From contig JAWLDL010000001.1 in the NCBI GenBank assembly GCA_041686675.1, positions 1-32,548 of the forward strand: a stretch of 32,548 bases of DNA, read 5' to 3'. Source of the stretch: Spirochaetia bacterium. GTDB taxonomy: Bacteria > Spirochaetota > Spirochaetia > DSM-27196 > PWMO01. The position numbers and the translations under genes are program-made. Positions 18,063 through 27,665 of the stretch are shown here, piece by piece. The stretch's first letter is position 1. Each line of letters begins with the position of its first letter. The notes beneath the pieces were generated by a model. That model was given only the letters and a program-made list of their open reading frames with translations, made no database searches and was not told the origin of the DNA.

Positions 18063-19235
18063 ATGGCGGAAGACCTCAGGCAAACGGCGCTTTATTCATG
18101 GCATCGTAACCATGGGGCCCGAATGGGTCCCTTTGCCGGCTGGGACATGCCGTTGCAGTACGAAACCGGCGCGATAGCCGAGCACCGGGCAGTTCGCGAG
18201 CAGGCCGGCATTTTCGACATTTCTCACATGGGACAGGTGGAAGTCTCCGGTCCCGACGCCGTCTCCTTCCTCGACTACACGCTTACCAACGACATCCTCG
18301 GTCTTCCCGAGGGCCTCTCTACCTACTGCCTCATGTGCCGACCCGACGGCGGAGTGCTCGACGACGTGTTCGTATACCGCCTTCCCGACCGGTTCTATGT
18401 GGTGGTAAACGCCGGCAATATCGACAAAGACGAGGCGTGGCTGCGGGCCGTTGCCGCGGGCGAGGCGGCGCCGGTCGACTCGGCGGGTGGCTCGCCCGGC
18501 GGCGGCCGCAGTGCCGGGGGCTTCGACGTGCGGATCACCAACAAGTCCTGGGATACGAGCATGTTCGCCCTGCAGGGCCCGCAGGCACTGGAGGTCTTCG
18601 AGCGCGCCGCGGGCCACGGGGCCGCGGATATAGAGCGCTTTGCGATCCGCGAGGACCGCATTGCGGGGGCCGACTGCCTGGTGAGCCGCACCGGCTACAC
18701 GGGCGAGGACGGGGTGGAGATCTACATGGACAACGGGGCCGCGGCCGGGGTGTGGGAAGCGCTTCGCGACGCAGGCTCCTTCCTCCCCGACGGGCTGCTG
18801 CCGATCGGTCTCGCCGCCCGCGACAGCCTGCGCTTCGAGCCGGGCTTTGCGCTCTACGGGCACGAGCTCGATGAGGATACCACCCCGATCGAGGCGCGAC
18901 TGAAGTGGGCATGCGAGCTCGAGCGGCCGTTCGCGGGGCGGGACGCGCTGCTCGCGCAGATAGAGTCCGGGGTTTCGAAAAAGCTCGCCACCATCCGGAT
19001 GATCGACAGGGCGATGCTCCGCGAAGGCTACGAGGTGCGATCACCCGAGGGGACCTCTATCGGGCGGGTCGTGACGGGGATGTACTCTCCGACCCTGGAG
19101 TGGTATTACGGAAATGTCTTCGTGACACCGGCATATGCAAAGACCGGTGCCGAGCTTGACATAGTGGTACGTGGTCGCACGCGGCGCGCGGAAGTGGTGA
19201 AGCGCCCGCTGTATCGACCCGCGTACAGATCATGA
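18063..19235 (+). CDS. gcvT: Glycine cleavage system T protein (aminomethyltransferase)
   Basis: 390 aa. Motifs: TALYSWH...[64 protein letters not shown] upstream. Confidence 0.95.
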   Translation: MAEDLRQTALYSWHRNHGARMGPFAGWDMPLQYETGAIAEHRAVREQAGIFDISHMGQVEVSGPDAVSFLDYTLTNDILGLPEGLSTYCLMCRPDGGVLDDVFVYRLPDRFYVVVNAGNIDKDEAWLRAVAAGEAAPVDSAGGSPGGGRSAGGFDVRITNKSWDTSMFALQGPQALEVFERAAGHGAADIERFAIREDRIAGADCLVSRTGYTGEDGVEIYMDNGAAAGVWEALRDAGSFLPDGLLPIGLAARDSLRFEPGFALYGHELDEDTTPIEARLKWACELERPFAGRDALLAQIESGVSKKLATIRMIDRAMLREGYEVRSPEGTSIGRVVTGMYSPTLEWYYGNVFVTPAYAKTGAELDIVVRGRTRRAEVVKRPLYRPAYRS

Positions 19236-19277
19236 CCAGACATTTCGAGAAATGAGAAAAGAGAAAGGAGACAGAGA

Positions 19278-19670
19278 ATGAACTTTGACGATTCGGTGAA
19301 GTATCAGAAGTCGCACGAGTGGGCACGCAAGGACGGGGATCTCGTCGTTGTCGGTATCAGTGATTACGCACAGGACAGCCTCGGGGACGTAGTCTTCGTC
19401 GAGCTTCCGGAAGTCGGTGCAACGCTCAAGCAGGGCGAGAGCTTCGGCGTGGTGGAAAGTGTGAAATCGGCAAGCGACCTCTTCATGCCGGTGGGCGGTG
19501 AGATCGCCGAGGTCAACGACAGCCTCTCCGATACGCCGGAGACCGTAAACGAATCCCCCTTCGGTGACGGCTGGATGATCAAGATCAAGCCCACCGACGT
19601 CTCCGAGTACGACTCCCTCATGTCTGCCGCAGACTACGAGGAATACACCAAGACCCTCGAAGAGGAGTAG
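19278..19670 (+). CDS. gcvH: Glycine cleavage system H protein (lipoyl carrier)
   Basis: 130 aa. Motifs: YQKSHEWAR, GISDYAQDSLGDVVFVELPEVG, and the lipoyl-lysine motif VESVKSASD. Confidence 0.95.
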   Translation: MNFDDSVKYQKSHEWARKDGDLVVVGISDYAQDSLGDVVFVELPEVGATLKQGESFGVVESVKSASDLFMPVGGEIAEVNDSLSDTPETVNESPFGDGWMIKIKPTDVSEYDSLMSAADYEEYTKTLEEE

Positions 19671-19689
19671 GCCCACAGCAGGAGGTCTT

Positions 19690-21015
19690 ATGCCGTTCAT
19701 CGGAAATACCGACAGCGACCGCCGTCGGATGCTCGAGACCCTCGGACTGGCCGATGCCGGGGAGCTCTTTACGGACATACCTGAAGACGTGCGGTATCCG
19801 GACCTCGATCTGCCCGAGCCGTTTGCCGAGCTCGAGGTCCTGCGCGAGACGGATCGCCTTGCCGCGCGAAACGCCGCCTCCTGCGGGCGGCTGTCCTTTC
19901 TCGGCGGCGGCGCCTACGATCACTTCGTCCCGAGTGTTGTCGACTACCTCGCCTCCCGGGGCGAGTTTACGACCTCCTATACACCCTACCAGGCGGAAGC
20001 GAGCCAGGGTACGCTGCAGGCGATATTCGAGTATCAGAGCATGGCCGCCGAGCTCCTCGACATCGACGTGGTCAACGCCTCTCAGTACGACGGCGCCACG
20101 GCGTTTGCCGAGGCGGCCGCCATGGCCGTGCGCGCAGGCCGCTCCGGGCGGCGGAAGCTCATCGTCGCCGAGGGTACGCATCCGCAGTACCTCGAGGTGT
20201 TGCGGGGCTATCTGCAGGCAACCGACGTGCAGATCGTCGAGGCGGGAACCGCCGACGTGGCCGCCTCCCGGACCGACGAAGAGACCGCCGCAGTGCTCGT
20301 TCAGTCGCCCGATTTCTTCGGCAGGGTTCATGACCTTCGCGGCATCGCCGATCGGGTTCACGACGCCGGGGCCCTCTTAGTGGTTCATACCGATCCCATC
20401 GCGGCAGCCCTCTTCCGGCCCCCGGGCGCCGACGGCGCGGACATCGTCAGCGCCGAGGGGCAACCACTCGGCATTCCCCTCTCATACGGGGGGCCGTATC
20501 TCGGAATGCTCGGGTGCCGGCAGAAGCTCGTTCGCAAGATGCCGGGCCGTATCGTCGGCGAAACCGTGGACACCGAGGGAACGCGCGGTTTTGTTTTGAC
20601 GTTGAGCACCCGCGAGCAGCATATCCGTCGGGAGAAAGCGACAAGCAACATCTGCACGAATCAGGGGCTCATGGCGTTGCGGGCGGCGATCTACATGGCC
20701 GCGATGGGCCCGCGAGGCATGCAGCAGGTGGCGCGGCTCTCCTATGAGAATGCCCACGAGGCGGCCACACGCATCGACGCCCTCCCGGGGTTCACGGTGC
20801 TGCCGGGGCTGTTCTTCAGGGAGTTCGCAGTGCAGACGCCGGTTGCGGCGGCGGAGATCGTTTCCGCCGGAGACGACGCGGGAATCTCCCCGGGCATCGA
20901 TCTCGGACGCTTCTATCCGGACAGGCGGGATCAGCTGCTTGTTGCCCTGACCGAGCAACATACGGCAGCAGATATCGAGCAACTCGTTACCCTTCTCGAG
21001 AGGTGGGCCCGATGA
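19690..21015 (+). CDS. gcvPA: Glycine dehydrogenase (decarboxylating) subunit 1
   Basis: 441 aa. PFIGNTDSDRRRMLETLG is a typical N-terminus, followed by TSYTPYQAEASQGTLQAIFEYQ. It is followed by subunit 2 with an ATGA overlap. Confidence 0.95.
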   Translation: MPFIGNTDSDRRRMLETLGLADAGELFTDIPEDVRYPDLDLPEPFAELEVLRETDRLAARNAASCGRLSFLGGGAYDHFVPSVVDYLASRGEFTTSYTPYQAEASQGTLQAIFEYQSMAAELLDIDVVNASQYDGATAFAEAAAMAVRAGRSGRRKLIVAEGTHPQYLEVLRGYLQATDVQIVEAGTADVAASRTDEETAAVLVQSPDFFGRVHDLRGIADRVHDAGALLVVHTDPIAAALFRPPGADGADIVSAEGQPLGIPLSYGGPYLGMLGCRQKLVRKMPGRIVGETVDTEGTRGFVLTLSTREQHIRREKATSNICTNQGLMALRAAIYMAAMGPRGMQQVARLSYENAHEAATRIDALPGFTVLPGLFFREFAVQTPVAAAEIVSAGDDAGISPGIDLGRFYPDRRDQLLVALTEQHTAADIEQLVTLLERWAR

Positions 21016-22463
21016 CAGACTCCAGACCGCTTCCAGAGCTCCTGTGGGAGATTTCGTCTCAGGGACGGAGCAAACCTCACCTGCCGCGGCACTCCGCCGG
21101 CGATGGGGTCGGCCCGCCGGTCGAGCTTCTGCGCGATGCGGCGCCGAACCTTCCGGAGGTGAGCGAGCTCGAGGTCGTTCGCCACTTCACACGGCTCTCC
21201 CAGGCGAACTTCGCAATTGATACCCATTTCTATCCTCTCGGATCCTGTACGATGAAGTACAACCCGAAGGTCAACGAGCGGGCAGCCTCCGCCTCGGGCT
21301 TCACGCGACATCATCCCCTCGAGCCCGAGGAGCTCTCCCAGGGTAGCCTCGAGCTCATGTGGCGGCTCCAGGATCTCCTCGAGCGAGTCAGCGGCTTCCG
21401 GCGGGTATCTCTGCAACCGGCGGCCGGCGCGCAGGGTGAGCTCTCGGGGGTGCTCATGATTCGCCGCTACCATGCAGATCGTGGCGATACCGCTCGAACA
21501 AAGATGCTCATTCCCGATAGCGCCCACGGGACCAACCCGGCAAGCGTCGCCATGGCCGGCTTCGATGCGGTGCAGATTCCGAGCGATGAGGAGGGCAACG
21601 CCGACCTCGAGGCGGTGAAGGCCGCCTGCGGCGACGACGTTGCCGGGATCATGATCACGAATCCCAATACGCTCGGGCTCTTCGAGGCGCACATACGCGA
21701 GATCATCGATGTGGTGCATGAGTGCGGCGGCCTCGTCTACGGCGACGGTGCCAACCTCAACGCGATCCTCGGTGTGCTGCGCCCCGCGGACCTCGACATC
21801 GACGTGATGCACTTCAACCTGCACAAGACCTTCTCCACGCCCCACGGCGGCGGTGGACCCGGGGCCGGCCCCGTGGGTGCGGGGCCGCGGCTCGCAGACT
21901 ATCTGCCGGGACCGATTGTCGTCTCCGGGGAGAACGACGGCGGCTATCGCTTCGAAATGCCGACTCAGTCCATCGGGCGGGTGAAAAGCTTCCACGGGAA
22001 CTTCGGGGTGCTTGTTCGCGCGTTCACCTACATCCTCATGCACGGCGGCGAGGGGTTGCGGGCCATCGCGGAAAACGCGGTGCTCAACGCCAATTACCTC
22101 CGGACGCGACTCGCCGAGAGCCTTCCGACGGCGTATCGCCGCAGCTGCATGCACGAGTTCGTCACGTCGGGGAAAATCGGCGAGGTCGAGACCATGGACG
22201 TCGCGAAGCGGCTTCTCGACTACGGATATCACGCGCCGACGGTGTACTTTCCGCTCATCGTCAAGGACGCCCTCATGATAGAGCCGACCGAGGGCGAGAC
22301 CCGCGAGACGCTCGATGGGTTCGCCGATGCTCTCATCGCCATTGTCGCGGAGGCCGGCGAGAATCCCGACCTTCTTCATGAGGCACCGCATGCGCTTCCG
22401 ATTCGCCGTCTCGACGAGGTGAAAGCCGCCCGCGAGCTCGTTCTCTGCTACCGTCCCTCTTGA
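21012..22463 (+). CDS. gcvPB: Glycine dehydrogenase (decarboxylating) subunit 2
   Basis: The ATG at 21012 overlaps the gcvPA TGA (ATGA). An alternative GTG lies at 21003. Motifs: LGSCTMKYNP and the PLP-lysine region HFNLHKTFSTPHGGGGPG. Confidence 0.95.
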   Translation: MTDSRPLPELLWEISSQGRSKPHLPRHSAGDGVGPPVELLRDAAPNLPEVSELEVVRHFTRLSQANFAIDTHFYPLGSCTMKYNPKVNERAASASGFTRHHPLEPEELSQGSLELMWRLQDLLERVSGFRRVSLQPAAGAQGELSGVLMIRRYHADRGDTARTKMLIPDSAHGTNPASVAMAGFDAVQIPSDEEGNADLEAVKAACGDDVAGIMITNPNTLGLFEAHIREIIDVVHECGGLVYGDGANLNAILGVLRPADLDIDVMHFNLHKTFSTPHGGGGPGAGPVGAGPRLADYLPGPIVVSGENDGGYRFEMPTQSIGRVKSFHGNFGVLVRAFTYILMHGGEGLRAIAENAVLNANYLRTRLAESLPTAYRRSCMHEFVTSGKIGEVETMDVAKRLLDYGYHAPTVYFPLIVKDALMIEPTEGETRETLDGFADALIAIVAEAGENPDLLHEAPHALPIRRLDEVKAARELVLCYRPS

Positions 22464-22494
22464 TCGAAGACGGAAGCGGCGACACAATAGCGGC

Positions 22495-22962
22495 ATGGAA
22501 CACACACAGCCAGAGATACGGGATTTCCGACGCGATGATCTCGATGCCGTGCTCTCCATCCTCTACGAGAGCGCGGTGAAGTCCGGTTTCGGCGGATCCC
22601 GCGAGAGATATGTCAGCGACGTCAGCAAAGAGATGCATCTCGATCACGACGTCCTGCGGGTGCTCGCCTCTCCGGAGGATCGGGTGATGGGATGCGCGTG
22701 GGCGGCTCCCTTCCCGCGGGATGCCGAGACGACCGAGACGGCCTTCCTCTTTGACGTGTCGGTGCGCGAGTCCTACCGCGGCCAGGGCTACGGACGGCGG
22801 CTCGCCGAAGATCTCTTCGAGCAGGTGCGCTCCCGCGGCGTGAAAACCGTGAATGCGCGGCTGGCCAAGCGCAACGAGGGCGGGGCCGAGTTCATGAAGT
22901 CCATAGGGTTCGAGTTGCAGAAGGAAGACTCGCTGTGGACGGAATGGTCGCGGACACTCTGA
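22495..22962 (+). CDS. GNAT-family N-acetyltransferase
   Basis: 155 aa. The acetyl-CoA motif A is VRESYRGQGYGRRLAEDLF, and the fold length is typical. I saw no obvious SD. Confidence 0.8.
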   Translation: MEHTQPEIRDFRRDDLDAVLSILYESAVKSGFGGSRERYVSDVSKEMHLDHDVLRVLASPEDRVMGCAWAAPFPRDAETTETAFLFDVSVRESYRGQGYGRRLAEDLFEQVRSRGVKTVNARLAKRNEGGAEFMKSIGFELQKEDSLWTEWSRTL

Positions 22963-22966
22963 CGCC

Positions 22967-23641
22967 ATGCTGAGACAAACCGCACGCAACATAAACACCT
23001 CACTGCAGCAGTTCTGCGCCGACCCGATGGGCCCCGCGCAGATCCACGGCTTCTTTCTCGGCCTCATGGCAGGACCGGAGGAGGTACAGGAGAACGTCTG
23101 GCTGACCGAGCTCTTCTATCGGGATGCGGAGAGCGCGAAAAGCACCCCGAGCTTCGAGTCCTTTCCGCACCTGCGGGAGTACGTGAAGACCTGCGAGGCC
23201 GCCTTCAACGAAGCCTACGAGGAGATAACCGGCGGAAACCCGGCTGCGGGGTATCACTTCGAGGACCGGGCCGACGCCGAGACCATCGAGACCGCGCGGG
23301 AACTCTCCGCGGGCTTTCTGCGCGGGTTTCGCCTTGCAGGCGGGATGGATGACGAGTCACGGCTCGACGATGCCGCTGTCCGCGCCTTCAGCGTCCTCTA
23401 CGCTCTCGCAAATCCCGAGCGCACCGCCGAGATCCTCGAAGAATCCGAGAATCCCGAAGAGCTCTCCGAGAATACCCTCGTGGATCTCGTGCCGGCCGCT
23501 GTTCTCAAGCTGGCCTTCGTCATGCACGCCGGTGAGGCCGGCGGCGCCGCGGGTGACGGCGCCGCGGGTGACGGCGGCGGCGGGACCCCGGAGGGGGGCA
23601 CCGCCGATGACCCGCCTGAATCGGGAAAAACTGGACGATAG
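22967..23641 (+). CDS. UPF0149 (YgfB/YecA N-domain-like) family protein
   Basis: 224 aa. PAQIHGFFLGLMAGP resembles the (A/E)xxHG(L/F)..G motif of YgfB. It has an acidic helical C-terminal half as in YgfB, plus a Gly/Ala/Asp-rich tail. Confidence 0.5.
   Translation: MLRQTARNINTSLQQFCADPMGPAQIHGFFLGLMAGPEEVQENVWLTELFYRDAESAKSTPSFESFPHLREYVKTCEAAFNEAYEEITGGNPAAGYHFEDRADAETIETARELSAGFLRGFRLAGGMDDESRLDDAAVRAFSVLYALANPERTAEILEESENPEELSENTLVDLVPAAVLKLAFVMHAGEAGGAAGDGAAGDGGGGTPEGGTADDPPESGKTGR
23543..23572 (+). repeat. 15-bp perfect tandem duplication (GGCGCCGCGGGTGAC x2) inside the UPF0149-like CDS
   Basis: Copies at 23543-23557 and 23558-23572 are identical and encode the AAGDGAAGDG tail. The next bases, GGCG, begin a third partial copy. 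Confidence 0.8.
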
Positions 23642-23692
23642 AGACCGCCTTTTATATATTAGTAAAACACTATACCTTTTACTGGAGGTCTC

Positions 23693-24316
23693 ATGAAGGT
23701 TCTGATCGTCTTCTACTCGATGTATGGACATATTCAGACGATGGCGGAAGCAGTTGCCGAAGGAGCCCGCGCGGTCGATGGCGCGGAGGTAGAGATAAAG
23801 CGTGTACCGGAGACGCTCTCCGATGATGTAATTCAGGCGATGGGTGCCGCCGACGCCCAGAAGGCGCTTGCGGAAAAATACGACGTGGTGACGCACGCAG
23901 ATCTCGAGGCCGCGGACGCCATCGTCATCGGAACCCCGACCCGCTTCGGAAATATGATCGGGCAGATGCGAGAGTTTCTCGATTCGACGGGACCGCTGTG
24001 GGCAAGCGGTGCTCTCATCGGCAAGGTCGGAAGTGTGTTCACCTCGACCGCCACGCAGCATGGCGGGCAGGAAAGCACCATTCTCACTACGCATGTGACG
24101 CTTCTTCACCACGGCATGGTCATCGTCGGCCTTCCCTACGGACGTTTTCCGGGGCAGATGACGCTGGATGAGATTACCGGTGGCTCACCCTACGGCGCCT
24201 CCACCATCGCCGGTGGCGACGGAAGCCGCACGCCGAGCGAGAACGAGCTCGAGGGCGCGCGGGTCCAGGGTCGCTACGTGGCGGAAATCACTTCGAAGGT
24301 TGCCGCGAAGGCCTGA
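23693..24316 (+). CDS. wrbA: NAD(P)H:quinone oxidoreductase WrbA (flavodoxin-like)
   Basis: 207 aa. Motifs: [62 protein letters not shown] upstream. Confidence 0.9.
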   Translation: MKVLIVFYSMYGHIQTMAEAVAEGARAVDGAEVEIKRVPETLSDDVIQAMGAADAQKALAEKYDVVTHADLEAADAIVIGTPTRFGNMIGQMREFLDSTGPLWASGALIGKVGSVFTSTATQHGGQESTILTTHVTLLHHGMVIVGLPYGRFPGQMTLDEITGGSPYGASTIAGGDGSRTPSENELEGARVQGRYVAEITSKVAAKA

Positions 24317-24353
24317 CGTCGGGCGCCGTTGCGGAGCCCGCCTACCACCCAGT

Positions 24354-25028
24354 CTACCGGGGATGTCCCACGGGAATGAGATACATGGGCTCGAGGTCGA
24401 TGTCCAGGACGCGTTTGACGGCAGCATCGGTAAACGCGCCGATCGGAGTTGCGCCGAGGCCGAGGGCCTCGGCCTGCAGGATGACGTTCTGCGCCGCGTG
24501 TCCGGCATCCATGTGGACGTAGCGTTCGACGCCGCGCTCGCCGTAGCGCTGTCGGGTTACCTCGTAGTCTGCGGCAAGCACGACTATGCAGGGCGCCCTG
24601 CCGACGGCGCCCTGTCCGAGGGCCGCAAGGCGCAACTGCCTGCGCACGTCACCGGTTTCCACACGGCCGAGCTCGTGGGAGCGCCACCGATAGCGGTAGA
24701 CACCGGGTTCGATATCCTCCGCATTCCCCACCACAATGTAGGCGCGAATCGGATACAGGCCACCGGCCGAGGCCGCCGCGCGTGTCGGTCCCGAAACGCC
24801 ATCCACCGTCCGCCCCGCGGCGGACCACAGGAGTTGGCCGATATCGTCCCGCTCGAGGGCGGTATCGGAGAACTCGCGTATCGACTGACGCCGGTGCACG
24901 GCCTTCTCGAGAGAGGTGTCTCCGTCGGTTCGCGGGGGAGGCAGCTCCACGTTCTGCGCCACCGCTGCGCCGCAGGCGGTGAGCGCTAGAGTCAAAATGA
25001 GGAGGAATCCGGGTAGCGTGCGTGCCAT
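24354..25028 (-). CDS. Nitroreductase-fold (SagB-type) protein with a lipoprotein signal peptide
   Basis: Trimmed to the ATG at 25028, giving MARTLPGFLLILTLALTACGAAV with lipobox L-T-A-C. Nitroreductase-family motifs: RRQSIREF, LLWSAAG, SAGGLYP, HMDAGHAAQNVILQAEALGLGATPIGAF. Confidence 0.72.
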   Translation of the reverse strand: MARTLPGFLLILTLALTACGAAVAQNVELPPPRTDGDTSLEKAVHRRQSIREFSDTALERDDIGQLLWSAAGRTVDGVSGPTRAAASAGGLYPIRAYIVVGNAEDIEPGVYRYRWRSHELGRVETGDVRRQLRLAALGQGAVGRAPCIVVLAADYEVTRQRYGERGVERYVHMDAGHAAQNVILQAEALGLGATPIGAFTDAAVKRVLDIDLEPMYLIPVGHPR

Positions 25029-25141
25029 ATATGCAGAACGTACAGCCGCCACCCGACCGAGGTCCAGAGCTGCAGACGCCCGCCGCGTCTTTTCTTCAGC
25101 CTCTTTTCTTTCAGCCGAGCCTTCGGGCATACTACTCCGCA

Positions 25142-25951
25142 ATGGCCCCGCGAACCGACATCGAAAACGCAGTAGTGTGGATAACCGGCGCTAGCTCCGG
25201 GATCGGGCGGCAGCTTGCCGCGCAGCTTGCCGCACGCGGCGCGCGAACGGTGCTTACCGCACGCCGCGAGGAGGCCCTGCGAGAGACCCGGGAGCTCTGC
25301 GGCGGAGAGGGGCGAAGCGTGATTATCCCCGGCGACCTCTCCGACCTCGACGCGATCGATGCGCTCGCCGACAGCGCCGAAGCCGCCTTCGGCCGGCTCG
25401 ACATGCTGATTCTCAACGCAGGTATCAGCCAGCGTGGACTGGCCGTGGAAACCGAGCCGGCCGTGGTGCACAGCGTGAATACGGTGAACTACCTCGCTCC
25501 CGTGCATATCATCCGCCGGGTCGTTCCCCGGATGATGGAACGAGGGAGCGGGCGCGTCGTGGCCGTCTCGTCGCTGAGCACCCGCGTTCCAACTCCCCGG
25601 CGGTCCTCCTACACCGCATCGAAAGCGGCACTCGAGACCTACCTGACGGTACTGCGGCGCGAGCTCGTGGGAAGCGGTGTGGGGGTGATGGTTGCCCTGC
25701 CCGGCTTCGTCAGGACCGAAATCTCGCTGAACGCACTGAACGCCGACGGGAGCACCCACGATACGCTCGATCCGGCCCAGGAGAAGGGAATGTCGCCGGA
25801 GGACTGCGCGCGTCGGATCATCTCGGGCATCGAGCGGGGTCGACGGGAGATTCTCATTCCGTCCGACCTGCGTACCCGGCTCGGGCTCTTTCTCCAGCGT
25901 CGCGCGCCCGGCCTTCTCGATCGGCTCATGGCGAAGGCCGAGGTGACATAG
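25142..25951 (+). CDS. Short-chain dehydrogenase/reductase (SDR)
   Basis: Trimmed to the ATG at 25142, giving VVWITGASSGIGRQLA (TGxxxGxG). It has NAG and the catalytic S...YxxxK (SSLS...YTASKAAL). 269 aa. Confidence 0.85.
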   Translation: MAPRTDIENAVVWITGASSGIGRQLAAQLAARGARTVLTARREEALRETRELCGGEGRSVIIPGDLSDLDAIDALADSAEAAFGRLDMLILNAGISQRGLAVETEPAVVHSVNTVNYLAPVHIIRRVVPRMMERGSGRVVAVSSLSTRVPTPRRSSYTASKAALETYLTVLRRELVGSGVGVMVALPGFVRTEISLNALNADGSTHDTLDPAQEKGMSPEDCARRIISGIERGRREILIPSDLRTRLGLFLQRRAPGLLDRLMAKAEVT

Positions 25952-26027
25952 GCGGGCAGCGCACTGCGAATGCCTTGCGTCCAGTGCGATCTCGGAATAT
26001 GCTTCTGCCGAGCGATTAAGAAGTAGG

Positions 26028-27665
26028 ATGTTTCGCAATAGAATTTCGATGAGATCGCCGACGCCGCACAGGCAGCTCTCGCTCCGCACCACGCAGCTGC
26101 TGCTCTTCGTGGGGATCATTCTTGCAGCCATCGCCCTCAATCTCGTAACACTGCACCACACACGGCGCTACTTCAGCATTTTCGACAGCAACCTGCTGGG
26201 GTACTATAGCATTCAGCGTTTTCAGAGCGCACTCGATGCCAATCGCTCGGCCCTGAACCAGTACCTTCGTTCGCAGGAAACGAGCTACCTCCGCGCGTTC
26301 TACGCGTCGCGAACGGACTTGCAGGTCACCCAGCAGGAAGTGCGTGCACGAAACAGCACGAGTGTCGAGGCGGGATTCGAAATTCGAGGTATCCGACGGG
26401 GGCTCATTGCGTACTTCCATCATGCCGATCGGGCGATCGCAGGCATTCGTCGTGGGGACGGACCGGACTTTGCCGAGTTTGTTCGAGCAGGGCGCATCTC
26501 CGACTACGTGTTTACCTACATGCAGCGGTTGATGCAAGCCCGCTTGACCGAGGAGCTCGAAACCCACCAGGAACTTCGCAGTCACGCGAGTGTGATGGCG
26601 GTCAGCTCACAGTTCGGCCTTCTCGGCATCGGAATACTCATGAGTGTCTTCGCGGCACTGTTCGTCCGTCGCGTTACCACGCCGATCCGCAGACTGGCGG
26701 AATCCGCCTACAGCATGGCACACGGAAACCTCAAAGGTGGAGAAGTCGCGGTGAGGGCGCACCGCTTCTCGGTAAAAGAAATCACCACGCTCTGCGAGTC
26801 TTTTAGCCTTATGCAGCACAACATCCGCAACCTCGTGGATGATCTCAAAGACAAGGCGGCCGTTGAGCGCAAGCTCCACCAGCAGGAGCTCAAAACCATG
26901 CACACCGAGCATCTGCTCGAGGCGGCCCGGCTTCAGGGACTCCAGGCCCAGATAAACCCGCATTTCCTCTTTAATGCGTTGAATACTGTTTCCCGCTCCG
27001 GACTGTTCGAAGGGGCCCACGAGACCACGCGCTTGATTCAATCGCTGGCGAATCTTCTGCGCTACCATTTGAACACACGCGAGGCCGTCGTGCGGCTCGA
27101 TCACGAGCTTCGGGTGGTACGTGAATATGTGCATATCCAGGAGTCTCGTTTCCGCAATCGACTCCAGTTCGAGCTCGACTGTCGAGTGAACGTTGAAGAG
27201 GTTTTCGTGCCTTGCTTCAGCATCCAGCCGCTTGTGGAAAACGCGGTCCAGTACGGCATCGAGCCCACCGAGGACGGCGGACTCGTGCGGGTGCTGATCC
27301 GCGAGCACGGAACCGCGATCCGCATCGTCGTCGAAGATACCGGAGTCGGTATCTCCGAATCGAGAATCAGCGAGATCTTCGGGGAAACAGCCGAGGTCGC
27401 ACGAGTACGCGCCGACTCCCGTGAGCACGAGAATCCGAGCCGCAGCGAAACGAAGAGCCAATCGGCAGGAATCGGCCTTCGAAACATAATGGACCGCCTT
27501 CATCTCCTGTACCACGGAGAGGCGCATATCTCCATACAGCGCCGGGCGGCTGGGGGAACGGCGGTCACGATGGATATTCCGCCCCACTCCGCGGCAGGCG
27601 TCGCGTCGTTGCAGCTCGACGGCGATCGGGTCACCGTACCGGACGACGGTGAAGATGATGTATGA
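26028..27665 (+). CDS. Sensor histidine kinase, YesM/LytS-type (2 TM + HAMP + His_kinase + HATPase)
   Basis: 545 aa. It has two hydrophobic segments flanking a roughly 150-aa loop, a HAMP-like linker, the motif LQAQINPHFLFNALNT that is diagnostic of the PF06580 kinases, and an ATPase G-box (DTGVGI...GIGLRN). Confidence 0.88.
   Translation: MFRNRISMRSPTPHRQLSLRTTQLLLFVGIILAAIALNLVTLHHTRRYFSIFDSNLLGYYSIQRFQSALDANRSALNQYLRSQETSYLRAFYASRTDLQVTQQEVRARNSTSVEAGFEIRGIRRGLIAYFHHADRAIAGIRRGDGPDFAEFVRAGRISDYVFTYMQRLMQARLTEELETHQELRSHASVMAVSSQFGLLGIGILMSVFAALFVRRVTTPIRRLAESAYSMAHGNLKGGEVAVRAHRFSVKEITTLCESFSLMQHNIRNLVDDLKDKAAVERKLHQQELKTMHTEHLLEAARLQGLQAQINPHFLFNALNTVSRSGLFEGAHETTRLIQSLANLLRYHLNTREAVVRLDHELRVVREYVHIQESRFRNRLQFELDCRVNVEEVFVPCFSIQPLVENAVQYGIEPTEDGGLVRVLIREHGTAIRIVVEDTGVGISESRISEIFGETAEVARVRADSREHENPSRSETKSQSAGIGLRNIMDRLHLLYHGEAHISIQRRAAGGTAVTMDIPPHSAAGVASLQLDGDRVTVPDDGEDDV

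Noticed and set aside
22495-23641. The GNAT gene plus the tightly linked downstream gene as a possible GNAT-toxin/antitoxin pair.
   Set aside because: GNAT toxin modules have a small RHH/DUF1778 antitoxin upstream. Here the partner is a 224-aa YgfB/UPF0149-like protein downstream, and the GNAT shows no toxin-specific features I can see.
25071-25100. A terminator-like hairpin, GACGCccgccGCGTC, followed by TTTTCTT on the + strand in the nitroreductase/SDR divergent spacer.
   Set aside because: No + strand gene ends upstream of it, since the neighbouring gene is on the minus strand. The stem is only 5 bp. It is most likely fortuitous, or part of the promoter region.
25176-25184. A perfect DnaA box TGTGGATAA inside the SDR gene.
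   Set aside because: It is isolated and lies in the codons for V-W-I-T of the Rossmann motif VVWITGASSGIG. The coding constraint explains it, so I do not count it as an origin or regulatory element.
25960-25988. A hairpin, CGCACTG-N15-CAGTGCG, after the SDR stop, as a possible terminator.
   Set aside because: It has a 7-bp stem with a large 15-nt loop and no downstream T-tract. That is too weak to call an intrinsic terminator.
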